From Planctomycetales bacterium (lineage in GTDB: Bacteria > 4484-113 > JAFGCY01), in assembly GCA_022646745.1 (NCBI GenBank), contig CP060262.1:690001-722000 (forward strand): a stretch of 32,000 nucleotides of DNA, given 5' to 3'. Of the stretch, positions 17,560 through 24,829 are shown one piece after another; position 1 is the stretch's first letter, and every line of letters begins with the position of its first letter. The notes beneath the pieces are model-generated. The model saw nothing but the letters and a program-made list of their open reading frames with translations. It did not search any database and was not told where the DNA came from. A program made the translations under genes and the position numbers.

Positions 17560-20262
17560 TTATTCCCCGTCAGCGCCCTCATTATTAACAAGGGTGCCGC
17601 AGACCACGGTCGCGAGCCGGGCCGGATCCATGAATTCGGCGGCTGCGGCATTGACCTGCTCGAGGGTCACGGCGTTGATGATCGACTCGTAATCCTCGAT
17701 GTAGCCGGCACCCTTGCCGAGGTACAGGCTGTCGGTCAGCAGGGAGGCCACCGCACCATTGGTGCTCAGGCGCACCGGGAAGTTGCCGGTCAGGTAGCTC
17801 TTGGCCAGCTCCAGCTCCTCCGCGGTGATGCCCTCGGAGGAGATCTTCGCCAGTTCCTCATTGGTGGCGGCCACAGCGGCGTCGATGTTGGCCGGGTTGA
17901 CCTGCACCACAGCGGCCCAGGGGCCGGAGGCCGCGCCGTTGCTGAAGAAGGAGTAGGCACCGTAGGTCAGGCCGTCCTTCAGGCGCAGGCGGTTGTTGAG
18001 CCTGCTGGAGAAATCGCCGCCCATGATGAAGTTCGCCACCAGGCGGGCCGGCCAGTCCGACCCGGCCTTGCTGCAGCCGGGGCCAATCCACAGCAGGCTG
18101 ACATTGCTCTTGTCCGGCATGTCGATATCAAGGTTCTGGCCGCCGATCGACTGGAACTCAGCGCTCTGTGCCAGCAGCCCGGCACGGTCCGCACCACCGC
18201 CCTGCCAGGCGGAAAAGCGTTCGCGCACCATCGCCTCGGCGGCTGCGGCATCAATGTCACCGACGATGCTGATCACCGTGCCGGCGGGCACGACATGCGC
18301 GCCGTACCAGCCGATGAGGTCAGCAACCGTGATCGCCTCGACATCCGCGCTGCGGCCTTCGATGCGGCCGCTGAAGGGATGGTCCTCGCCGTAGAGCAGC
18401 GCGCGGCCGGCCACGAAGGACTCATCCATCGTCTCGTTTTCGCTGGCGAAGATCGCGGTCAGCACCTGCTGGCGGGTCAGTTCCAGCTCATCCTCCGGGA
18501 AGGAGGGCTCAAGCAGCTGCTCGGCAAGCATGTCCAGCAGCAGGCCGAAGTCCTCGGTCAGGCTGCGGCCACTGAAGCTGAAGCTTTCACGCGCCGGGCT
18601 GAAGCCGAGAGCGATGCCGCTGTCCTCCATGATCTCCGCCAGCTCGGCCTTACTGTGCTTCGTGGTTCCGTTGGAAAGCATGCTGACGACCATGTTGCCC
18701 AGCCCGCGGCGGTCAACGGGGTCGTTCACACTGCCGGCCGGCACCACGCCGGAGACACTGACGGTCGAATTGTTGTGGTTCTCACGCAGCACGAGCGTGA
18801 TGCCGTTGCCAAGCTGCACGACGGAGGTGTCGGAGGCAGCCGCGGCCTGCAGCGAGATGTGATTGCCGGCCGCCTGCGGGCGGTAATGCGGGGCGATGAA
18901 CTGCGGACGGAAGGATGGCGGCTCAACGCCGTCCGGGCCGGTGCCTCCGAGCATCGGGGCTTCAGGCTTGATCGCCTCGAACACGCCGACGGTGCGGTTG
19001 TCATCCACCAGGTACTGGTTAGCGACTCGCATCACGTCCTCATTGCTGACGGCCTCGATCGAGGGCAGGTAGTTGTCAACGTCACGCCAGTTGCTCATCA
19101 GCTCGAAGTCCACCAGCGAGCGGGCCTCGTTCTCGATGCTGTCCTTGTCGAACACGAAGGCCACGCGGGCCTGCTTCTTGGCGCGGGCCAGCTCGGCCTC
19201 GGTCACGCCCTCATCCTTGATCTTCTGGATCTCGTCGTAGAGCACCTTTTCCAGCCCAGCGGTGTCAACGCCGGGGTTGGCAACCGCGAAGGCCATGAAC
19301 AGGAAGGGGTCCTGGTAGCCGAAGGCCGAGCTCTCGGCCTGGGCCCCGGCGGCCATCCCGCTGTCCACCAGCGCCTTGTACAGCCGGCTGGTGCGCCCGC
19401 TGCCGAGGATGTTGCCAAGCACCACCAGCGGGTAGGCGTCGGGGTGCTCGCTCTCGGGCACGTGCCAGCCCGCCATCAGGTAGTCCAGCTGGCCGGCCTG
19501 GCGCAGCTTGAAGCGGCGCTCACCGAGCTGCTTCGGCTCCTGCGGCAGGCGCGGGTGCTCCACGCCGCCGGCCGGAATCGAGCCGAAGTACTGCTCGATC
19601 TTCGCGAACATCTCATCGCTGTCGAAGTCACCGACGGCGACGATGAAGGCGTTGTCAGGGTGGTACCAGGTGTGGTAGTAGTCCGCAATCTGCGAGGTCT
19701 GGATGCCCTCCACGTCGTCAACCCAGCCGATGGTCGGGATGCCGTAGGGGTGCGCCTTGAAGGCATTGGAGATCAGCTCCTCGTAGAGCCGGCCCATCGG
19801 GTTGTCCTCGCGCTGCTCCAGCTCGTTGCGCACAACCTGCATCTCGAACTCATGGTCCTCCGGCAGGCAGCTCAGGTTGGACATGCGGTCCGCCTCGAGC
19901 TCGAGCGCGATGTCGATCTCATGCGACGCAATGGTCTCGTAGTAGACGGTCTGGTCCAGCCAGGTGTAGGCGTTGTTGTCAGCGCCGACGGCCTTCAGGC
20001 GGCGGTCGAACTCCCCGAGCGGGAAGTTCTTCGTGGTCTTGAACATCAGGTGCTCAAGCAGGTGCGAGATGCCGGTGATGCCGGGGCGCTCGTACTTGCT
20101 GCCAACGCGGTAGACCACGTTCAGGTTGATCACCGGCGCGTTGTGGTTCTCCTTGAGCAGGACCAGCAGGCCGTTGTCAAGCTTGTATTCGCGGACGTCA
20201 TCCGCATAGGCGACTGTAGACATGAAAAGCACAGCTCCAAGGATTGCGAGGAAGGTCCTCAT
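17560..20262 (-). CDS. Secreted two-module M16 (pitrilysin-family) zinc peptidase
   Basis: Inverted zincin motif HLLEHLMF in the N-terminal module, followed by a second M16-like half that lacks HxxEH. Signal peptide MRTFLAILGAVLFMSTVAYA. I prefer the ATG at 20262 (AAGGTGG 5 nt upstream) over the GTG at 20271. Confidence 0.88.
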   Translation of the reverse strand: MRTFLAILGAVLFMSTVAYADDVREYKLDNGLLVLLKENHNAPVINLNVVYRVGSKYERPGITGISHLLEHLMFKTTKNFPLGEFDRRLKAVGADNNAYTWLDQTVYYETIASHEIDIALELEADRMSNLSCLPEDHEFEMQVVRNELEQREDNPMGRLYEELISNAFKAHPYGIPTIGWVDDVEGIQTSQIADYYHTWYHPDNAFIVAVGDFDSDEMFAKIEQYFGSIPAGGVEHPRLPQEPKQLGERRFKLRQAGQLDYLMAGWHVPESEHPDAYPLVVLGNILGSGRTSRLYKALVDSGMAAGAQAESSAFGYQDPFLFMAFAVANPGVDTAGLEKVLYDEIQKIKDEGVTEAELARAKKQARVAFVFDKDSIENEARSLVDFELMSNWRDVDNYLPSIEAVSNEDVMRVANQYLVDDNRTVGVFEAIKPEAPMLGGTGPDGVEPPSFRPQFIAPHYRPQAAGNHISLQAAAASDTSVVQLGNGITLVLRENHNNSTVSVSGVVPAGSVNDPVDRRGLGNMVVSMLSNGTTKHSKAELAEIMEDSGIALGFSPARESFSFSGRSLTEDFGLLLDMLAEQLLEPSFPEDELELTRQQVLTAIFASENETMDESFVAGRALLYGEDHPFSGRIEGRSADVEAITVADLIGWYGAHVVPAGTVISIVGDIDAAAAEAMVRERFSAWQGGGADRAGLLAQSAEFQSIGGQNLDIDMPDKSNVSLLWIGPGCSKAGSDWPARLVANFIMGGDFSSRLNNRLRLKDGLTYGAYSFFSNGAASGPWAAVVQVNPANIDAAVAATNEELAKISSEGITAEELELAKSYLTGNFPVRLSTNGAVASLLTDSLYLGKGAGYIEDYESIINAVTLEQVNAAAAEFMDPARLATVVCGTLVNNEGADGE

Positions 20263-20278
20263 GGGTTCCACCTTTGTT

Positions 20279-20433
20279 GAGTGGTCAGTGGCCGGTGGTC
20301 AGTGGTCATTCAGAAACTGTTGGCAGAATCAGAAGCAGCGGAATCACCTGTTGTGCTTTCCGGCACCCTGGGCTGCTTCTCATTCTGATTCTCATTCTGT
20401 CGCTGGCCACTGACTACTGACTACTGCCCACTG
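20279..20433. repeat. ~155-nt imperfect palindrome built from heptamer and hexamer words (divergent promoter region)
   Basis: Left arm: gagtggt cagtggc cggtggt cagtggt ... cagaat cagaag cagc. Right arm: gctg cttctc attctg attctc attctg ... gccactg actactg actactg cccactg. Confidence 0.75.
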
Positions 20434-20439
20434 ATTAAG

Positions 20440-21126
20440 GTGCATATTCTATCGGCTGCTGGAGCGTGCTTTGCTACAATCGCGCCCGTGCCCGACGAAC
20501 AGCTGCAGATCCTGAGATGGAGCTTCAACCCCTGGAAGCAGGGGCTGGGCGGCTGGCGGCGGCCGCAGCTGGCCCTGCCGCTGTCGCTCATGCTCGCCGT
20601 GATCCTGAGCTGGAGCCTGACCGTGCCGAACTTCCCGCAGGGGTATGAGGCCCAGCTTGAGGGCGCACTGGCTGAGCTCGGGAATGCCCCGTTCGCCGTA
20701 CTGGATGGGCGGCAGCTCAGCCGCGAGCAGGTGGAAGGCCAGCTTGCACAGGTGCGCACGGCACGCGAGAGCTTCCCCGTGCAGTGGCTGCTCTGGGGAC
20801 TTGTCAGTGCAGTGCTGCTGCTGGGGATGAACGCCTCGCTCTACCTTCCGGTGCGCTATGAGCTGAATGAGCAGGGTGTGCGCGTGGAGTTCATGGGTAT
20901 GCCGAGCCTGCGCCGCTGGGAGCACTACCGCAACTTCTACCCGCATGAGCACCTGGTGCACCTGACTACCCTGCCCCGCCCAAGCGCGCTGGACCCCTTC
21001 CGCGGACACTCACTGATGTTCTCGGGGAATAGGGACTCTGTACTTGCTTATATTGGGAAGCATGTGGAAAGGCGGGATTCGAAGGGACCTGGGACCAGGG
21101 ACCAGGGACCTGCCAGTGGCCAGTAA
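20440..21126 (+). CDS. Hypothetical membrane protein (2 TM)
   Basis: TM segments LALPLSLMLAVILSWSLTV and WLLWGLVSAVLLLGMNASLYL, with high GC3. The track start is GTG at 20440, and an in-frame GTG at 20488 sits 7 nt after TGcTACAAT. The last ~14 codons and the stop lie inside the heptamer repeats. Confidence 0.65.
   Translation: MHILSAAGACFATIAPVPDEQLQILRWSFNPWKQGLGGWRRPQLALPLSLMLAVILSWSLTVPNFPQGYEAQLEGALAELGNAPFAVLDGRQLSREQVEGQLAQVRTARESFPVQWLLWGLVSAVLLLGMNASLYLPVRYELNEQGVRVEFMGMPSLRRWEHYRNFYPHEHLVHLTTLPRPSALDPFRGHSLMFSGNRDSVLAYIGKHVERRDSKGPGTRDQGPASGQ
20472..20490 (+). promoter_or_regulatory. Extended -10 (TGcTACAAT) 7 nt before an in-frame GTG, a candidate leaderless start
   Basis: TG 20472-73, TACAAT 20475-80, GTG 20488-90 in frame with the 20440 ORF. 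No SD. Confidence 0.4.
21084..21110 (+). repeat. GGGACCN x4 heptamer array (G3N4G3N4G3N4G3)
   Basis: gggacct gggacca gggacca gggacc, lying inside the 3' end of the 20440-21126 CDS. Confidence 0.9.
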
Positions 21127-21169
21127 TCAGTATTCAGTAGTCAGTGGCCAGTAGTCAGTGGTTAGTGGG
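21114..21169 (+). repeat. Eight tandem CAGTNNN heptamers
   Basis: cagtggc cagtaat cagtatt cagtagt cagtggc cagtagt cagtggt tagtggg. The TAA stop of the upstream CDS is inside the second unit. Confidence 0.9.
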
Positions 21170-21304
21170 CGGAGTGCTTTTTGCAAAACAGAGGAATCAT
21201 CTAAGCGGATAATCCCAATCGCCGCAGGGCGGCGCCGGTCCTTGATTTCTCTTTCGATCAACAATGCTTGGAATTCCCATCCCTTATCCCTGACCCAGGA
21301 ATCC

Positions 21305-21360
21305 AGAAACCCGATCCCGGAAACCCGAAACCCGATCCCCGGTCCCGGGTCCCCGGTCCC
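21305..21360 (+). repeat. GAAACCCGATCCC words followed by a GGTCCC (C-rich) heptamer block
   Basis: agaaacccgatcccggaaacccgaaacccgatcccc ggtcccgggtccccggtccc. This is the complement orientation of the 21084 block and ends at the -10 box of the next gene. Confidence 0.8.
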
Positions 21361-21378
21361 TGATAAACTCTTCCGATG
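21361..21378 (+). promoter_or_regulatory. Extended -10 (TGaTAAACT) 6 nt before ATG, a candidate leaderless start
   Basis: TG 21361-62, TAAACT 21364-69, ATG 21376. No SD. Confidence 0.45.
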
Positions 21379-22089
21379 CCAAACATGAAGTGCAGTTTCG
21401 CGCGGCTCAGGGGAGTCGGCGAGGGGCAGCTGCAGGCACTGGCCAAGCGCCTCAGCGAAGTCAATTTCGTCAAGAATCCCGGGATGCAGGTGGTCGGCAT
21501 CGACCGCGAATTCCCGCAGGTCTCCTTTGAGCTGGTCGTGCGCTCCGAGCGCGAGGGCCGGCGCTATGACGATGAGGAAGGCAAGCTCATCGTGGAGAAG
21601 CGCTACGACGACCGGGTGCTGTTCTGCACCTTCGATGTGAAGAAGGAGCTGATCTACACCCCGCAGGGCCGGCGCGAGCTCGGGCTGTTCACCGAACTGC
21701 TGAAGCAGTGCGGCAGCGGCGGCGGTACGGAGATGATCGAGCTCGAGGTGGACGTCATCGGCTGGACCCGCGAGATGCTGAAGATGTACGACACGGCGCA
21801 GCTCGGGCTGGCCAGCTTCGAGCACTTCTTCGTGGAGCCGAAGATGATCGGCCGCTTCCAGGCCAAGACCGTGGACAACCAGCTCAATCTCGACGCGCTG
21901 ACCAGCCAGCCGGGACGGATCAAGTCCATCCGGCTGTCCTTCTTCTATGAGGGCACGCGCCGCACGGCGGAAGTGCGCCGCGACGGGGTGCTGAGCGTCT
22001 CCAGCGGTGACGAGGAGGACCTCGAGCACTTCTTTGCGGAGCAACTGCGCCTGGTGCAGAACTTCGTCAGCGTGCCGGAAGGCGATTAG
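21376..22089 (+). CDS. Hypothetical cytoplasmic protein (orphan)
   Basis: 237 aa with balanced composition and high GC3. I prefer it over the antisense 371-aa ORF (21127-22242). No family recognised. Confidence 0.65.
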   Translation: MPNMKCSFARLRGVGEGQLQALAKRLSEVNFVKNPGMQVVGIDREFPQVSFELVVRSEREGRRYDDEEGKLIVEKRYDDRVLFCTFDVKKELIYTPQGRRELGLFTELLKQCGSGGGTEMIELEVDVIGWTREMLKMYDTAQLGLASFEHFFVEPKMIGRFQAKTVDNQLNLDALTSQPGRIKSIRLSFFYEGTRRTAEVRRDGVLSVSSGDEEDLEHFFAEQLRLVQNFVSVPEGD

Positions 22090-22112
22090 CCTGCCGAAAG
22101 GCGGGAACTCCG

Positions 22113-22118
22113 TATAAT
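22113..22118 (+). promoter_or_regulatory. Consensus TATAAT -10 box upstream of the subtilase-like gene leader
   Basis: cgTATAATagggagagg, just after a GAAA-loop hairpin (cctgcc-gaaa-ggcggg) that follows the 21376 CDS stop. No clear -35. Confidence 0.35.
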
Positions 22119-22319
22119 AGGGAGAGGTCAGTAACATGGCCGCGGCTCCCTGGAGTCCGGCGGTCCTGCAACTGCAACCCGGACAGGCAGGCGGCTTCCG
22201 TGCAAGCGGGGCCGGCAGGCCGGGCAATACGGCACAAGCCATGAGGTATCGGCGCGAGCGGGTACTATATGGGTGGACCGTACAAGTAATCTGAACGAAT
22301 GGAAGAAGGGGAGATACAC

Positions 22320-24680
22320 ATGAAGCGTATCTATCTCGTTATGGCCGCGATCCTCGTGAGCCTGTTCGCCTTCAGCTGCGGAGGCGGATCAGGCCAGGTC
22401 GCGGACCCGAACACTCCGGCTGGAGGCAATGGGGACCAGAACGGTGAACTGTCACTGTCTCCCTTCACCGTCGAGGGTGAACGCGGCGTCAGCATAATCG
22501 ACGGCAAGCTGAACATCCGCTCCGCCGTGTCCGACTCTGAGCTTGATGCCGTGCTGGGCCGCTACAACTGCGCGGTGGACAGCCGCGACGGCAGCAAGGC
22601 CGTGATCGACGTGCCGCCGGGCACCGACCTTGAGGCCCTGTCCCGTGAGCTGGTGAAGGAATATGCGATCAGCGATGCCAGCCCGATCCACCGCATCAAC
22701 ATCCCGGTGGTGCTCGACAAGTTCGATGGCGGCAAGGTCTCCTCCTGGGTCCCGCAGGACCCCTATGCCTCGACCGAGTTCGTCGGCATCGGTGACAACG
22801 GCACCGACCTGGTGGCCGCACTGTTCCCCGGACAGGGTATGCCAAACGAGATCCTCGGCATGAACTCCGCCTGGGACGTGACCCTGATCGGCGCTGCCTC
22901 CGCTGCCCCGGTCAACATTGCGATCATCGACGCCGGCTTCTATGACTATTCAGTCGAGGCCCGCGCCGACCTTGATGCCACTCCAGGTACCGGCCAGATT
23001 GACGAAGTGAATTCAGGTTCCGTCGCCAGTGACGGCACCTTCGTGGCAGGCTACACCGCTGCTTCCTGGGACCTGTTTGACGACGGCGACCCGGGCACGC
23101 AGGACCTGCCTTTCCGCCAGACCGGTGAGAACCTGTTCGGCATGCTGGCCTCGCTGCACAACAACATCTTCTCCGTGTCCTTCGGCGACACCAGCGTGGG
23201 CGGCGCACCGCCGGATGGCACGATCGACAGCAACGAGATCTTCAACGAGGGCATCGCCGGCATGGTGCCCAACGCCAAGTACATGCTGATCAAGACCGGC
23301 GAGCCGAATGGCAACGCCTGGTCCTTCACCGACAACCACATCGCTGAGTCCATTGACCACGCGGTGGCGGCCGGTGCGAACATCATCCTGCTGGGCATGT
23401 TCGCCGAGGGCCCGGTCGGCGGCAGCGTCAGCACCGCCCTGGCGAATGCGGCTGACAACGACGTGCTGTGCATCGCACCCGCAGGTGACACCGTGCTGAG
23501 CTATAACGCCGGCACCTTCGACGCCCCGGCGGACATCGGCACCACGAGCTTCACCCCGGCCTCCGACCCGAACTGCTTCAGCGTGAGCAGCACCGGCTTC
23601 AAGCGCGTTGACATCAGCCTGCTTGACCCGCAGGATCCCGGCGCTGGCCCGATCCCGAACAACGGCCGCGCCTTCCGTCCGTTCAGCATTGCAGGCTTCA
23701 ATGAGAGCTACTTCGCGGTGCAGGCCTGCTCAAACACCAATACTGACATCTCCGCCCCGGGCTTCGGCATCGGCTGGGCGGTGCATCCGTATTCCGGCGG
23801 CACCTTCCCGGGACACAACTACAACCTGCAGTTCTCGCAGTTCGGCACCGCCCCGGCAGCGGCTTACGTGGCCGGCGCGGCAGCGATGGTGTACAAGAGC
23901 CTGAGCGCTGCCAACGGCACCCCGCCCTCCGATGACGAAGTGCGCCAGGTGCTGCTTGACAACGTGCATGACCCCGCGCTCTTCGACTTCACCGGCGTGT
24001 CCGGCGGCCTGCTGAACATCAGCCAGGCTGTCAACGCGGTTGCCGGTGGTGGTGTGAGCGGTCCCGCAATGGGCCTCTCCGTGCCGGCCGGCCAGCTCGT
24101 GCCCGCCACGCTTTTGACCACCTTCCAGCTGGCACCTGCCGTCACCGGCGGTACCGGCCCGTTTGACCTGTCCATCGACTGGGGCAACGGTGATGCCCCG
24201 ACCGTCGTCAACAACTGGGCCAGCAATGACCCGGTGGCACTGACCGGCGGCTGGGACACCCTCGGCCTGAAGACCGTGCTGATCACCGTCAGCGAGACCA
24301 CCGGCGACATGCGAAGCGCCAACCGCACCGTGGAGATCCCGGTCTACAACGCGATCACAAGCAACCTGACCGTGATGGGCCCGATCGACCCGCAGGACCC
24401 GGGCCAGGGCGAGAAGCTGTTCACCCCGGCGCAGCCGATCCAGGACGCCGTGACCTACACCTTCAGCGCCAACGTCGCCAACGTGTTCAACGGCAGCGTG
24501 AACGGCACCCCGAACAACCCGCAGTTCGGCTGGGACTTCGACGGTGACAACGTGATTGACAAGCCCGGCACCACTGTGGAGCATGCCTTCATCAATACCG
24601 GCAGCTTCAACATCAAGTTCATCGTGACCCAGGATGTGCTGCCCGACTTCGAGGTGACCCGTACGGTTCTGGTGAACTAA
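22320..24680 (+). CDS. Subtilase (S8)-like lipoprotein with degenerate catalytic residues and C-terminal PKD-like domains
   Basis: Lipobox LFAFSC-GGGSG and SD GGGGAG. S8 blocks NIAIIDAGF (Asp), SDGTFVAGYT (His position is Asp), IAPAGD (Asn position is Asp) and FGTAPAAAYVAGAAAMVY (Ser position is Ala). PKD-like C-terminus FGWDFDGDNVID...VEHAFINTGSFNIKFIV. Confidence 0.8.
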   Translation: MKRIYLVMAAILVSLFAFSCGGGSGQVADPNTPAGGNGDQNGELSLSPFTVEGERGVSIIDGKLNIRSAVSDSELDAVLGRYNCAVDSRDGSKAVIDVPPGTDLEALSRELVKEYAISDASPIHRINIPVVLDKFDGGKVSSWVPQDPYASTEFVGIGDNGTDLVAALFPGQGMPNEILGMNSAWDVTLIGAASAAPVNIAIIDAGFYDYSVEARADLDATPGTGQIDEVNSGSVASDGTFVAGYTAASWDLFDDGDPGTQDLPFRQTGENLFGMLASLHNNIFSVSFGDTSVGGAPPDGTIDSNEIFNEGIAGMVPNAKYMLIKTGEPNGNAWSFTDNHIAESIDHAVAAGANIILLGMFAEGPVGGSVSTALANAADNDVLCIAPAGDTVLSYNAGTFDAPADIGTTSFTPASDPNCFSVSSTGFKRVDISLLDPQDPGAGPIPNNGRAFRPFSIAGFNESYFAVQACSNTNTDISAPGFGIGWAVHPYSGGTFPGHNYNLQFSQFGTAPAAAYVAGAAAMVYKSLSAANGTPPSDDEVRQVLLDNVHDPALFDFTGVSGGLLNISQAVNAVAGGGVSGPAMGLSVPAGQLVPATLLTTFQLAPAVTGGTGPFDLSIDWGNGDAPTVVNNWASNDPVALTGGWDTLGLKTVLITVSETTGDMRSANRTVEIPVYNAITSNLTVMGPIDPQDPGQGEKLFTPAQPIQDAVTYTFSANVANVFNGSVNGTPNNPQFGWDFDGDNVIDKPGTTVEHAFINTGSFNIKFIVTQDVLPDFEVTRTVLVN

Positions 24681-24683
24681 TCA

Positions 24684-24715
24684 GGGATCTGGGACCAGGT
24701 ACCTGGGACCAGGGA
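24684..24715 (+). repeat. GGGACC-type G-tract word block right after the stop codon
   Basis: gggatct gggacca ggtacct gggacca ggga, starting 4 nt after the TAA at 24678-80. Confidence 0.8.
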
Positions 24716-24734
24716 ATCGAACCCGATTCAATGA

Positions 24735-24761
24735 GGGAGGCCTGCGGGCCTCCCTTTTTTT
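24735..24761 (+). terminator. Rho-independent terminator
   Basis: gggaggcc-tgcg-ggcctccc followed by ttttttt. The 8-bp stem is the same as in the atpC terminator at 366-386. Confidence 0.8.
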
Positions 24762-24795
24762 GCAGCCGGATTCCGGGGTGAGCATTGTTCAAGCT

Positions 24796-24829
24796 GGTCC
24801 CGGGTCCCTGGTCCCCGGTCCCTGTCCCC
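24796..24829 (+). repeat. GGTCCC-type C-rich word block abutting the folE -10 box
   Basis: ggtcccgggtccctggtccccggtccctgtcccc, an imperfect complement of 24684-24715. Confidence 0.8.

Noticed and set aside
18295-20280. 661-aa ORF on the plus strand
   Set aside because: It is antisense to the M16 peptidase gene, which carries the HxxEH motif. This is a shadow ORF.
21114-21169. The tandem arrays as a CRISPR array
   Set aside because: The units are 6-9 nt and contiguous with no spacers, and no cas genes are present. They are microsatellite-like words, not CRISPR repeats.
21127-22242. 371-aa ORF on the minus strand, longer than the plus-strand ORF it overlaps
   Set aside because: It runs through the word-repeat arrays at both ends and has a composition rich in L, A, H, R and E. 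It has no SD or promoter-like start. The plus-strand 21376-22089 frame has better GC3 bias, balanced composition and the -10/start geometry.
23730-24584. 284-aa minus-strand ORF, with similar ones at 25555-26325 and 30383-31693
   Set aside because: They are shadow ORFs antisense to the S8-like, folP and beta-propeller genes respectively.
24711-24727. tRNA T-arm-like sequence (minus strand GGGTTCGATTCCC), a possible tRNA gene or integrase att remnant
   Set aside because: The flanks cannot form acceptor, D or anticodon arms; the upstream 50 nt is the terminator hairpin. No integrase is nearby. The same applies to GGTTCAAAT at 17383-91, which lies next to an SD.
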